The notes beneath the pieces are model-generated. The model did not search any database. It worked only from the letters and a program-made list of their open reading frames with translations, and had not been told where the DNA came from. The translations under genes and the position numbers were made by a program. A stretch of 64,000 bases of DNA from an uncultured Desulfobacterales bacterium (GTDB taxonomy: Bacteria > Desulfobacterota > Dissulfuribacteria > Dissulfuribacterales > QOAL01): the NCBI GenBank assembly GCA_964638145.1, contig CAZXAK010000041.1, positions 6,886 to 70,885 of the forward strand, given 5' to 3'. Of the stretch, positions 39,924 through 52,720 are shown piece by piece (the stretch's first letter is position 1; every line of letters begins with the position of its first letter).

Positions 39924-41243
39924 ATGAGTAAACCGATCAATGTAGCCCTTCTGGGGTTTGGAACTGTGGGTAGCGGGACAGCGAAGATACTGCTGGAGCA
40001 GGAGGAACTCCTGGAAAAGAGGGCAGGCTGTCCTGTGCGTCTGAAATGGATATGTGACAAGGACTTGGAGAGTGACAGGGGTTTTCCTGTGCCGCAGGGC
40101 ATACTCACCGATGATCTCGATATGGTGATGGATGACCCGGATGTGCATATACTCATTGAGCTTATAGGTGGTATTGAGCCTGCAAGGACCTTTGTCCTTG
40201 ATGCCATTGGCAGGGGAAAACACGTTGTCACAGCCAACAAGGCCCTGCTTTCAGTACATGGCCATGAGATATTCAAGGCCGCTGCTGATCAGGGAGTAGT
40301 GGTGGGGTTTGAGGCCAGTGTCGCAGGTGGCATCCCTGTGATCAAGGCTGTGAGAGAGGGGCTGGTGGCCAACAATATCCAGACTGTCCTTGGAATACTG
40401 AACGGGACAGCCAACTACATCCTTACTCGAATGACAGACGAAGGTATGCCCTTTGACCAGGTGCTGGCAGACGCACAGGCCAAGGGTTATGCCGAGGCAG
40501 ATCCTACATATGACGTGGAGGGCATAGATACTGCCCATAAACTTGCCATCATGTCCACCCTCTCCTTTGGGGTTCCTGTAAGGCTTGAGGATATCTATAC
40601 CGAGGGAATATCTCGTCTTTCCCCGCTTGATATCGCATTTGCCAGGGAGTTTGGTTACAATATAAAGTTGCTTGCCATTGGCAGGATGAATCACAAGGGG
40701 CTGAGCCTTCGCATACACCCTACAATGGTCCCCTCGAGGCATCTGCTTGCCCAGGTAGGTGGTGCATATAATGCCTGCTATATCGTTGGGGATTCTGTTG
40801 GAAAGATTATGCTCTATGGCATGGGGGCAGGCCAGATGCCAACAGGCAGCGCTGTGGTGGCCGATGTTGTGGATATCGCCAGGGATATTTCCATGGGCTC
40901 TGTAGGGAGGGTCCCGTCCTTTGGCATACCTGTTGACAGTTTGGAGCCCCCCATGTTCATGTCTATGGATGATCTCAGGGGGTGTTACTATTTCAGATTT
41001 TCCGTAAAGGATCGTCCAGGGGTCCTTGCAAGGATTGCAGGCATCCTCGGAGAGAACAATATCAGCATCAACTCGTGTGTGCAGAAGGGACGGGGGGGAC
41101 AGGAAGGCCCTGTACCCATAGTCATGCTTACCCATGAGGCCGTTGAGGCGGATGTCCAGAAGGCCATGAAGGAGATTGATCAGATGGATGTGGTCCTGGA
41201 TAAAACAATGATTATACGTATTGAGGAGCTTGATGCTCTGTAA
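39924..41243 (+). CDS. hom: Homoserine dehydrogenase with C-terminal ACT domain
   Basis: GFGTVGSG, HVVTANKA, FEASVAGGIP, ILNGTANYIL, EADPTYDVEG, ACT motif DRPGVLA. Confidence 0.97.
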   Translation: MSKPINVALLGFGTVGSGTAKILLEQEELLEKRAGCPVRLKWICDKDLESDRGFPVPQGILTDDLDMVMDDPDVHILIELIGGIEPARTFVLDAIGRGKHVVTANKALLSVHGHEIFKAAADQGVVVGFEASVAGGIPVIKAVREGLVANNIQTVLGILNGTANYILTRMTDEGMPFDQVLADAQAKGYAEADPTYDVEGIDTAHKLAIMSTLSFGVPVRLEDIYTEGISRLSPLDIAFAREFGYNIKLLAIGRMNHKGLSLRIHPTMVPSRHLLAQVGGAYNACYIVGDSVGKIMLYGMGAGQMPTGSAVVADVVDIARDISMGSVGRVPSFGIPVDSLEPPMFMSMDDLRGCYYFRFSVKDRPGVLARIAGILGENNISINSCVQKGRGGQEGPVPIVMLTHEAVEADVQKAMKEIDQMDVVLDKTMIIRIEELDAL

Positions 41244-41495
41244 GTGTTAGAAGCGCCTCACCCTGTACACTCATGTCGAGGGTCCACCCATAAATGTTAA
41301 ATTTTGTTCTATGGCAGGGCACGAGGTGGTGGAAGGGTGGAGTGTGCCGGTTTGTATGGGCATCTTCCACCAAGGGGTAATGCAGTCATGGGGCAAAGTG
41401 GCCATTTGCGGAAGGACACTATCTAAGGGGTACGGACAATGAATGCAGAAAAACAGGCAACCCAGGAAGTGTTGAAGGATACTGAACAGGAGAAG

Positions 41496-42755
41496 ATGGA
41501 GCTTCCAAGTTCCAAGTATGTTGTCCTCATCGGAGACGGCATGGCAGATCTGCCATGTGATGAACTGGGGGGAAAGACCCCTCTTGAGGTGGCCAGGACC
41601 CCTGCCATGGATCGTCTGGCCCGGATGGGGGAGTTTGGCAGGGTACGTACCATTCCAGGGGGGTATCCGCCTGGCAGTGACGTGGCCAACATGTCCCTGC
41701 TTGGATATGACCCAAAGAAATATTATACGGGCAGGGGGCCGCTTGAAGCCGCTGCAATGGGCGTTAAGATGAATCCGGAGGACGTGGCCTTCCGCTGCAA
41801 TCTCGTTACACTCTCCTTTCGGGAGGGGCGGGTCTACATGGAGGATTACAGTGCGGGCCACATCAGCAATGAGGAGGCCCGGGCCCTGATCGAGGATCTG
41901 GCACCTCTTGTGGCAAGCCGCTCCTTTGAGCTTATACCAGGTGTGAGTTACAGGCATCTCCTCCTCTGGCGCGGCGGTCCGGAAGGGCTTGCCACTGTTC
42001 CCCCGCATGACTTCACTGGCAAGGATGTTACCGAGGCGTGGCATATCTATGAGGATGAGCCGTTGCTCTATGAGATACTTACCAGGGCCATCACCTTTTT
42101 CCACCGCCATCCCATCAATGACAAGCGAAGGGAAAGAGGACTCAATCCTGCCAATGCCCTGTGGCCGTGGGGCGAAGGCAGGAGGCCGGTGGTTGCCACC
42201 CTTACGCAGCAGTGGGACATAGAGGGTTCTGTCATTGCGGCAGTTGACCTGATCCGCGGCCTTGGTGTATGGGCAGGTCTCGAAGTGGTGAATGTGCCAG
42301 GTGCCACAGGTTATCTTGACACCAACTATCGCGGAAAGGCCGATGCGGCGCTGAAGGAGCTTCAGGACAAGGATCTGGTGGTGGTGCATGTGGAGGCCCC
42401 TGACGAGGCTGGCCATATGGGCAGTCTCAAGGAGAAGATCAAGGCCATTGAAAAGTTTGATCGTGAGGTGGTGGGGCCAGTGACAGATGGTCTGAGGGAG
42501 ATGGGCGGCGCATACCGGATACTGGTTGCTACAGATCATTTCACCCCTGTGAGTTTAAGGACCCACTCCGCAGGTCCTGTTCCGTTTGTGATCTATGACA
42601 GCATGAACCCGGTTGACAATCCTGATGCGGCCTGGAACGAGAAGGCAGCTGCCCAGAGTTCGCTCCTGATTGATGACGGCTACACTATAATGACGAGATT
42701 TATAGGGGTGGAGCCGAGATACGTGGAGCTTGATCCCAAGAAGAAGAAGCAGTAG
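41496..42755 (+). CDS. apgM: Archaeal-type cofactor-independent phosphoglycerate mutase family protein (candidate homoserine kinase)
   Basis: IGDGMAD, GKTPLEVARTP, GSDVANMSLLGYDP, GRGPLEA, VSYRHL, HVEAPDEAGH, TDH; start 41496 (CAGGAG) or 41439. Confidence 0.88.
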   Translation: MELPSSKYVVLIGDGMADLPCDELGGKTPLEVARTPAMDRLARMGEFGRVRTIPGGYPPGSDVANMSLLGYDPKKYYTGRGPLEAAAMGVKMNPEDVAFRCNLVTLSFREGRVYMEDYSAGHISNEEARALIEDLAPLVASRSFELIPGVSYRHLLLWRGGPEGLATVPPHDFTGKDVTEAWHIYEDEPLLYEILTRAITFFHRHPINDKRRERGLNPANALWPWGEGRRPVVATLTQQWDIEGSVIAAVDLIRGLGVWAGLEVVNVPGATGYLDTNYRGKADAALKELQDKDLVVVHVEAPDEAGHMGSLKEKIKAIEKFDREVVGPVTDGLREMGGAYRILVATDHFTPVSLRTHSAGPVPFVIYDSMNPVDNPDAAWNEKAAAQSSLLIDDGYTIMTRFIGVEPRYVELDPKKKKQ

Positions 42756-43183
42756 TGGCCCGCGGAGCAGTAATAGAACTGCAGGAACCTGTGCACAGGT
42801 TGCCATACCGTGTCCTTTATGGAGATACCGACAAGGCCGGTGTGGTGTATTACGGAACCTATATGAGGCTGTTTGAGGCGGGCCGCACAGAGTACCTCCG
42901 GGACCTGTGCGGCATGACCTACTCCGGAATGGAGAGGGAAGGAGTGCTTCTGCCCGTGACAGAGGCGTACTGTCGTTACAAGTCTTCCGCCCGTTATGAT
43001 GAGTTGCTCGAGATACATACTGCCATAGACAGTATCTCCAAGGTCTCCATAAGGTTCAACTACAGGATAGTTCATGAAGACTCTGAACGGTTAGTTGCTC
43101 AGGGTTACACGGTTCATGCGGCAGTAGGAAGTGATGGCAAACTGACACGGCTCCCCCAGTGGGTCCTCAGACTTAAATCCTGA
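42755..43183 (+). CDS. YbgC/4HBT family acyl-CoA thioesterase
   Basis: RVLYGDTDKAGVVYYGTY...EAGRTEY, YKSSARYDE. Confidence 0.9.
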   Translation: MARGAVIELQEPVHRLPYRVLYGDTDKAGVVYYGTYMRLFEAGRTEYLRDLCGMTYSGMEREGVLLPVTEAYCRYKSSARYDELLEIHTAIDSISKVSIRFNYRIVHEDSERLVAQGYTVHAAVGSDGKLTRLPQWVLRLKS

Positions 43184-43200
43184 GGCTGCGCGTTAATCCT

Positions 43201-44475
<1,275 letters not shown>

Positions 44476-44624
44476 CTATCTTTCTTTCCTGTAGTAGTGT
44501 CTCTTTTCTGTTGATGACAGCCTTGGATGGTGTATCTATAGCCAATAATGCCACAATGTTCAATGCGTGTTGTCCTGTATAGTCCCTGTTTCTTGGAGAG
44601 CTGGGTGGTTGATGCGAGCAAGAG

Positions 44625-45323
44625 TCATGGGGCAAGCATCACTCTTCTCGGCCTTAGATGTCCGAGCAGGTCAGCCATGCTTTTCCACTGGGTGTTGGTC
44701 AGGAGGTGTGTCCAGCCGCCAATATGGGCGGTTTTGCAGCATATGCTTGCCACTTTTTCCACGCGGCGGGCCAGGATAAGTTCTCTGCGTTGCCAATCAT
44801 CGGCCCTGAGATATGAAAGAGGGTGGATGATTTCACAGTGGTATGGAGGAGTTACTCTGCCCTTGACACAGTTATAGGCGTATATGCGCCGTTTTTCAAA
44901 GTATTGTTCAAGATCGAAGTCGGGTTCTTCTGTGAGAAGGTGCAGATTCCGCGTGTTAAGCAGTCTGTTGTGCCATCCAGGGAGTTCAGCCCTGGCAAAA
45001 TTGCCAGAATCTACTGGTATGCATCTGATCCCTGCCTCTGTGGCATAGTCACAGGCAGCTACCCATTCCCATGGCATGCGTAATTGACGAGTAAGGAGCC
45101 TGATCTCTGAATGTCCCCTGCGGCGTGGTGGCAGTGAACGGAGGTTACGTTTCAGGATGGTGAGCCATACGGGCATGGCCCTCTGCCTGAACCTTATGGA
45201 GAATCTGCTTATCTCCACAGTGATGACATCGGGTCTGATGTCCAGTAGCAGGCGTTTCAGCGCGGGACCAAGTGCCCTGTCCAGATGAAGGGAGCCGATC
45301 AGACATAACCGTGAGTTTTCCAT
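44625..45323 (-). CDS. Hypothetical protein, possibly TraB/Tiki/ChaN-like fold
   Basis: IGSLHLD, RPDVITVEIS, RRELILARRV, HIGGWTHL resemble the GxxH/PDxVxVE/RxxxM/GxxH pattern; starts 12 nt after the comM stop. Confidence 0.55.
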   Translation of the reverse strand: MENSRLCLIGSLHLDRALGPALKRLLLDIRPDVITVEISRFSIRFRQRAMPVWLTILKRNLRSLPPRRRGHSEIRLLTRQLRMPWEWVAACDYATEAGIRCIPVDSGNFARAELPGWHNRLLNTRNLHLLTEEPDFDLEQYFEKRRIYAYNCVKGRVTPPYHCEIIHPLSYLRADDWQRRELILARRVEKVASICCKTAHIGGWTHLLTNTQWKSMADLLGHLRPRRVMLAP

Positions 45324-45334
45324 GTCATGTTATG

Positions 45335-46867
45335 TCAGACAAGGGTGTTGCGGTCAAGACTTCTGTACTGTACTGCCTCTGCGAGGTGGTGGATCGCTAT
45401 GTACTCCTGACCCGCGAGGTCCGCTACAGTTCGGGCTATCTTTATGATCCTGTGAAAGGCCCTGGCGCTTAGTGCCAGCTTGTTGGCCACCTGCTCAAGG
45501 AAAGTCCGTCCTTCCCTGTCTATAACGCAGAAGGTGTCAATATCGCGGGCAGACATCTGGGCGTTGCTGTGAATGGTGGAGTTTTTGAACCTGCTGGCCT
45601 GCACACGCCGTGCTGCCAGCACCCTCTTGGCTATCTCTTCTGAGGATTCGCCCCGTCTGGACTCTGTGAGTTCATGGTAGGGTACGGCGGGTACCTCCAT
45701 CTGGATATCGATCCTGTCCATCAGAGGGCCTGAGATGCGTCCCCGATACCTCTGTATCTGGGCAGGTGTGCATGAGCACTGGTGGGCAGTATCCCCTGCA
45801 TGTCCGCACGGACACGGGTTCTGCGCGGCCACCAGGGTGAAGCGGGCAGGAAAGGAGACGGTTATGGCAGCCCTTGATATGGTAACAGAGCCATCTTCTA
45901 TGGGTTGGCGCAGACTTTCCAGCACGTTTTTCCTGAATTCAGGCAGTTCGTCCAGAAAGAGTACACCGTTGTGGGCAAGGCTGACCTGTCCTGGTTTGGG
46001 GATGGTGCCACCGCCTATAAGTCCGGCATCAGATATGGTGTGGTGTGGTGTGCAGAACGGCCTTTCCACCACAAGGGGTGTGTCCTGAGACAACAGGCCG
46101 GCCACACTGTATATGGCCGTGGTTTCAAGGGCCTCTTCAAAGGTCAGTGGGGGAAGTATGGATGGGAGCCGGCGTGCCAGCATGGTCTTGCCGGAGCCTG
46201 GGGGGCCGGTCATAAGAACGTTATGGGCACCTGCTGCCGCTACCTCAAGGGCGCGTTTCGCATGTTCTTGGCCGATGATGTCCCTGAAGTCATCTTGATC
46301 CTTCCTCGTTTTGCCAAGGATATCCTGAATGTCCACATCTGTTCTTGGAATATCCCCCTGTCCAGTGAGAAACTCCACCATATCTGCGAGATGTCCCACC
46401 GGATGTACTGCCACCTCCTTTACCACAGCGGCCTCTGAACCATTTTCCCTTGGGATTATCAAGCCATCCACAGGCCATGCCCTTGCCGCAAGGGCAATGG
46501 GCAGCGCGCCACGTGCAGGTTTTATGGTGCCATCGAGGGAGAGTTCACCTGCGCAGCAGAATCTGTCCAGCCGTTCCTGCGGGATGATACCTGCTATACA
46601 CAGGATTGCAGCGGCAATGGGTAGATCCAGCCCTGTGCCCTCCTTCTTTATGTCTGCCGGGGCGAGGTTTACGGTGATCTTCTGGGTGGGAAAGGGATAG
46701 CCACTGTTTTTTATGGCGGCCTTGACCCGTTCGCGACTCTCCCGTACCGGCCCTTCAGGCAGGCCAACCATGTTGAACGCGGGCAGTCCCGGGGATACAT
46801 CCACCTCGATTGAGATGGGAAAGGCCTTGATGCCAATAACGACTCCGCTCTTTGAATATGCAAGCAT
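45335..46867 (-). CDS. comM: ComM/YifB Mg-chelatase-like AAA+ ATPase
   Basis: VRESRERVKAA, NLAPADIKKEG, GPPGSGKTMLARR, SLAHNGVLFLDELPEF, NPCPCG, DRIDI. Confidence 0.93.
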   Translation of the reverse strand: MLAYSKSGVVIGIKAFPISIEVDVSPGLPAFNMVGLPEGPVRESRERVKAAIKNSGYPFPTQKITVNLAPADIKKEGTGLDLPIAAAILCIAGIIPQERLDRFCCAGELSLDGTIKPARGALPIALAARAWPVDGLIIPRENGSEAAVVKEVAVHPVGHLADMVEFLTGQGDIPRTDVDIQDILGKTRKDQDDFRDIIGQEHAKRALEVAAAGAHNVLMTGPPGSGKTMLARRLPSILPPLTFEEALETTAIYSVAGLLSQDTPLVVERPFCTPHHTISDAGLIGGGTIPKPGQVSLAHNGVLFLDELPEFRKNVLESLRQPIEDGSVTISRAAITVSFPARFTLVAAQNPCPCGHAGDTAHQCSCTPAQIQRYRGRISGPLMDRIDIQMEVPAVPYHELTESRRGESSEEIAKRVLAARRVQASRFKNSTIHSNAQMSARDIDTFCVIDREGRTFLEQVANKLALSARAFHRIIKIARTVADLAGQEYIAIHHLAEAVQYRSLDRNTLV

Positions 46868-46922
46868 TTGTTCAGAACTTCCGGTTTGTTTGTTGCAGTG
46901 TACAACTGGCGTGTTGCTGGGA

Positions 46923-46945
46923 CCTGAATTGAGCGTTTCAAATCA
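46923..46945. repeat. Solo end-A motif upstream of comM
   Basis: CCTGAATTGAGCGTTTCAAATCA is identical (23/23) to 34125-34147; no partner end found. Confidence 0.8.
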
Positions 46946-47043
46946 GGGGAATATGGAGATAACGTACAGACTGTTAAAAAAGACAGCCTGTATGACTCAT
47001 CGGGAAAAGGGTTGTGAAACTGGAGCTTGCTGCAGGATTCCAT

Positions 47044-47084
47044 AAAAAAAGCCCCTCTTCCATCAAGGAAGGGGGGCCTTTTTT
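47044..47084. terminator. Intrinsic terminator downstream of groEL, bidirectional shape
   Basis: A7-GCCCCTCTTCC-ATCAA-GGAAGGGGGGC-C-T6. Confidence 0.85.
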
Positions 47085-47124
47085 AAGTTATTTTATTTGC
47101 CTGATATGAGGTATCAGGAGGTGA

Positions 47125-48792
<1,668 letters not shown>

Positions 48793-48841
48793 TCAATAAA
48801 TCTTTTGTTTTCTATATCAGTCTGGTCTGTGCTGCGGCCCG

Positions 48842-49132
48842 CTACTCTTCAATAATTCCCAAAACGTCGTCTTCCCTCATGATGAGGTACTCCTGGCCGC
48901 CAATCTTGATATCAGTGCCGGCATACTTGCCAAAGAGAATCCTGTCACCCTCTTTTACGTCAAGGGGTTTTACCTCGCCGTTTTCTGTGATCTTGCCATT
49001 ACCTACTGCTACCACCTTGCCTTCTACGGGTTTTTCCTTTGCTGAGTCAGGGATTATGATCCCACCAGGTGTCTTGTTCTCCTCTTCAAGACGTTCTACG
49101 AGAATACGATCGTGTAGTGGACGAATCTTCAT
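48842..49132 (-). CDS. groES: Co-chaperonin GroES
   Basis: [33 protein letters not shown]. Confidence 0.99.
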   Translation of the reverse strand: MKIRPLHDRILVERLEEENKTPGGIIIPDSAKEKPVEGKVVAVGNGKITENGEVKPLDVKEGDRILFGKYAGTDIKIGGQEYLIMREDDVLGIIEE

Positions 49133-49201
49133 GGTTGCAACTCCTTTTTATTAAATAAGATATTTTTTTTGAATTTGGTATCTATTGCCATAGAGGTGTT
49201 G

Positions 49202-49228
49202 TTAGCACCGAACGTTGGCGAGTGCTAA
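49202..49228 (-). promoter_or_regulatory. CIRCE element (HrcA operator) upstream of groES
   Basis: Minus strand TTAGCACTC-N9-CGGTGCTAA versus consensus TTAGCACTC-N9-GAGTGCTAA. Confidence 0.92.
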
Positions 49229-49254
49229 TATAAGCACGAAAATGGAGGGTGCAA
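49227..49254 (-). promoter_or_regulatory. Putative sigma70-type promoter for groESL, overlapping CIRCE
   Basis: Minus strand TTGCAC (49254-49249), 16 nt, TATATT (49232-49227). Confidence 0.55.
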
Positions 49255-49348
49255 GAGGTTTCAGAAAAATTTTTTTATTTTTTTTAAAATGGTCATCCTG
49301 ACCTGTAAATGAACCCGGGCTCAATGTACCTGGAATCCTGCCGTCGGC

Positions 49349-51025
49349 CTATGCGTGGGGAGGGGTAGAAGGGGGGCTGGGCAGGTTTATGGTAAATATC
49401 GTACCGCTTCCAACCTGTGAATCCACCTTGACTGTGCCGCCATGTCTCTCCACTATGCTCTTTACTATGGACAGGCCCAGTCCAGTGCCTCCTGCTCCCT
49501 TGTGGGCCTGATAGAACGGCTCAAACAGGTGTGACAGGTGCTGGGGGTGAATGCCTTGGCCAGTATCCCTGATCCGGATCCGCACTGTGCCATCGCGTTT
49601 TGCATGGGCTGATACCGTGACCTTTCCTCCTGCTGGGGTGTGGCGATAGGCGTTGCTCAGGAGGTTTATGAATACGTCATGAAGTTTTGACCTGTCTGCG
49701 GTGATATTGAGTGAATCAGGTATGGCTATTGTCACGTTCAGCCCTGTCTGAAGGGAGCCAAGTTCAGTGACGCATGTTGCGACAAGCTGATTCAGATTGA
49801 CCTTTTCGGCTTGGAGGGGCATTGCCCCGGTATCTATGCGCACCATCTTCAGCATCTCCTCTACCATGGTGTGCATGTTGTTTACATTCTTGCTCACCGC
49901 TTCCATGATCTCCCTGCCCTCCTGGCCCAGTGATTCAGCATTATAGGTGCGCAGAAAATTTACATTTGCCTTGATGGCCGTGAGTGGGGTGCGAAGTTCA
50001 TGGGATGCCGAACGGAGAAATGCGGCCTTGGCATGGTACATCTGTTTAAGCTCTGTGTATGCTGTTTCAAGTTCGTCCCGGGCCTCGGTGAGTTCGGAGA
50101 CAGACTGCTTCAGTTCTGCTGTCCTTTTCTCCACGGTCTCTTCTAATGACTGGTTGACCTTTTCAAGCTTGTTGTATGCCTGGACGATATCCTTCTTGCT
50201 CTGGTTCACCTGTTCCATCATGTTGTTGAATGCCTCTGCCAGTTCTCCAATCTCGTCCCGGGAGCGTATATCCATCCTGGGTGGAAGTGTGCCTGCTGTG
50301 ATGCATTCTGTGGCCTGCTTGAGTTTCCGCAGGGGCTGGACAATCCAGTGGACCAGAATCAGCGTGATGAGCATGGAGAGTGTGGCAATGCCAATGAGCA
50401 GGAGCAGTGAACGCAACTGCATGGAGTGGAGTATGTCATCCACCCGTTGGAGAGAGATGCCAAGGTAAATGTTTCCAATCCTCTCAGGTGTCGAATGCCC
50501 TATGCATTTTCCGAGTACAAGTTCATCAGGAGAGATATGGCGGGGTGCAAATACGGCTTTCCTTATGATCCATACGTCTGGAAAATGCCTGATAGTCACT
50601 ATTGCAGGCTCATCGGACAGGAGGCTTGATGCACGAAAGAGCTGTTTGAGCATTTCTCTCCTGCCACCTTTCAGGTAGAGGGGGACCTCCTTGTAGTTTG
50701 CCAGTATTTGATCGGAATCATCCTCTATCCAGGCAAACATGACATCCTCATAGTTTGATAGTGAGTTCAGGAGGCCGGACAGGTTGTGTATATTGCGGGT
50801 AAGCAGGCCATAAACACTGTTGGCTGATAGGTTTCTGGAAAGGGAGACGCTAAGTGTCCTGAGATCCGAGTAAAGTATCTCTTTCTGGTGGTGAAACAGG
50901 AAAATGGCAATGCATGCAAAGGTCAGCAGCAGTATGAACGAGACCAGCAATACAAATTTTACTGCGAGTGTGGGGCGTATGGTCTTACTCTCAGTCAGAG
51001 CATATTTCAGCATTTTCAAGCACAC
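49349..51025 (-). CDS. Membrane sensor histidine kinase (HAMP-HisKA-HATPase)
   Basis: Two TM segments, HAMP DEIGELAEAFNNM, H-box SHELRTPL, N-box NLLSNA, DTGQGI, GTGLGLSI; start 51025 or 51013. Confidence 0.95.
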   Translation of the reverse strand: MCLKMLKYALTESKTIRPTLAVKFVLLVSFILLLTFACIAIFLFHHQKEILYSDLRTLSVSLSRNLSANSVYGLLTRNIHNLSGLLNSLSNYEDVMFAWIEDDSDQILANYKEVPLYLKGGRREMLKQLFRASSLLSDEPAIVTIRHFPDVWIIRKAVFAPRHISPDELVLGKCIGHSTPERIGNIYLGISLQRVDDILHSMQLRSLLLLIGIATLSMLITLILVHWIVQPLRKLKQATECITAGTLPPRMDIRSRDEIGELAEAFNNMMEQVNQSKKDIVQAYNKLEKVNQSLEETVEKRTAELKQSVSELTEARDELETAYTELKQMYHAKAAFLRSASHELRTPLTAIKANVNFLRTYNAESLGQEGREIMEAVSKNVNNMHTMVEEMLKMVRIDTGAMPLQAEKVNLNQLVATCVTELGSLQTGLNVTIAIPDSLNITADRSKLHDVFINLLSNAYRHTPAGGKVTVSAHAKRDGTVRIRIRDTGQGIHPQHLSHLFEPFYQAHKGAGGTGLGLSIVKSIVERHGGTVKVDSQVGSGTIFTINLPSPPSTPPHA

Positions 51026-51935
51026 TGGTCGAAATCTTGATGCCCAATATCCTTGCCGTTCGCAAGTTGATCAATGCCTTGATCTTCCTGGGATATGCCA
51101 GAGGGATGGCTGAAATACTGCCTCCCCTTATGATCTCTTTTACCATCTCCGCCGTCTGTTTGCCAATTGCCCGATAGTCACATTCCAGGGCAAACAGTGC
51201 CCCTGCCCGCGTGAAATTTTTGGAAAGTCCCACAAGAGGTATCTTGTGCTCTATGCAGTACATTATGATCCTTGGTGATATCACAGGGTTGTAAATGGTT
51301 CCGTCAGGTATTGACAGAAGGAGGTCTGCGTTACTCTTCAGCGTGTCGAGAATTTTTGGGAGTGTGGAGATGTTGTCGATCATCAGCGGTACTATCACAA
51401 GGCCAAGCCTTTCTGCATCGGGGCGCATCCTGGTGATCCAGTGTTTGGTGGCCCTTGTGTATATGATGCCTATGCGTGTCACTTTGGGGCATATCTTCCT
51501 GATCCATTCAAGCTGGACGGCTGGGGGGATATCTATGAGTACGCCTGTAACCTGGGGGTGGTGAAGAAGATCGTCTGGCGGGTCAAGGACCATTGAGAAT
51601 ACTATGGGTACATGAATATTCATTGCCACTGTTGACATGGTGGCCTTGGTGCCGATGGTCACGATGAGTCCGGTATGGCTGTTCATTATAAGCTTTGCCG
51701 TGGTAACCGGAGAGCTGCGGGAGATATCTTCAACCGCAAGATCAAGGGCCTCCATGTCTGTTGACAGTGATGCCTCAAGTCCGCTGAATGCGGCAAGATA
51801 TGGGGAAAATCTGCTACTTATAAGGATTAGTATCTTGGCTTTCGCAGTCTTTGAGAAGCTCCATGTGGAAAACAGGATGATCGCTGATGTCAGTATTAAT
51901 GTAGCGATGAGATACCTTCTCTTGTCTGTATGCAT
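50991..51935 (-). CDS. ABC-type substrate-binding protein (COG2984-like) preceding the kinase
   Basis: N-terminal hydrophobic anchor, IVTIGTKA, PIVFSMVLDP, RIGIIY, GALFALECDYRAIGKQTA, INLRTARILGI. Confidence 0.85.
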   Translation of the reverse strand: MHTDKRRYLIATLILTSAIILFSTWSFSKTAKAKILILISSRFSPYLAAFSGLEASLSTDMEALDLAVEDISRSSPVTTAKLIMNSHTGLIVTIGTKATMSTVAMNIHVPIVFSMVLDPPDDLLHHPQVTGVLIDIPPAVQLEWIRKICPKVTRIGIIYTRATKHWITRMRPDAERLGLVIVPLMIDNISTLPKILDTLKSNADLLLSIPDGTIYNPVISPRIIMYCIEHKIPLVGLSKNFTRAGALFALECDYRAIGKQTAEMVKEIIRGGSISAIPLAYPRKIKALINLRTARILGIKISTSVLENAEICSD

Positions 51936-51996
51936 AATGATGGGCCTGTGGCAGGAGGAGTCAAATCAAATAAAAAATTGAGTGGTAGTGAATACT

Positions 51997-52014
51997 TGTA
52001 ACATTTATGTTACA
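51997..52014. promoter_or_regulatory. Perfect palindrome, candidate operator
   Basis: TGTAACA-TTTA-TGTTACA in an AT-rich divergent intergenic region, about 60 nt upstream of the SBP start. Confidence 0.5.
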
Positions 52015-52342
52015 TTTCTACAATAGGCGTATTGATCCGATTCAGAAAATATTATTTAGTATGAAAATAGAGGCGGCAGCGTGAACTTTTCATGTTTCCG
52101 CTGCCTGTCCAGCGGGAGTAACATGAAAATTTTGGCGCAAATGTGTACGTTGCTGAAATCAGGTTTTGCAACCATCCGATCTTCATGTTATGCATGGATG
52201 GGAAAGCCCAATTAGTGATTAAGGTAAATATTATACATATATCTTGCCTGCCGCCTTTCAGGTTTTGGTTGTGCCTTGGGTGTCGTGTTGTATGGGTAAT
52301 GATAAGGGCATTGGGGGGCATTCCCCCGGGGTGACTGGCAGC

Positions 52343-52720
52343 ATGATAATCGGTATAGGTACTGATCTGGTTCATGTTCCCCGGCTTAGCCGCATTGTGG
52401 AGAGGTGGGGAGATCGGTTTTTGAACAGGATATTCTGTGAAGAGGAGATTGCCTACTGTTTCAGGTATAAAGATCCTTCCCTCAGTTTTGCCAGCCGGTT
52501 TGCAGCAAAAGAGGCGTGTTCCAAGGCCCTTGGTACTGGCATGAGCAGAGGGGTTACGTGGCGTCAGATGTGTGTGCACAACAGGCAGGCAGGCCAGCCG
52601 GTACTCCGGCTCTCAGGGGTTGCCATGGAGCGGGCCGCAGAGCTTGGAGGCAGGCGCTGGCATCTCAGTCTGACACATGACCATGAATATGCACATGCGG
52701 TTGTTATTCTTGAGGATTGA
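52343..52720 (+). CDS. acpS: Holo-ACP synthase
   Basis: IIGIGTDLV, RFAAKEACSKALGTG, HLSLTHD; start moved to ATG 52343. Confidence 0.96.
   Translation: MIIGIGTDLVHVPRLSRIVERWGDRFLNRIFCEEEIAYCFRYKDPSLSFASRFAAKEACSKALGTGMSRGVTWRQMCVHNRQAGQPVLRLSGVAMERAAELGGRRWHLSLTHDHEYAHAVVILED

Noticed and set aside
41271-42539. 422-aa ORF on the minus strand
   Set aside because: Antisense shadow of the apgM-family gene.
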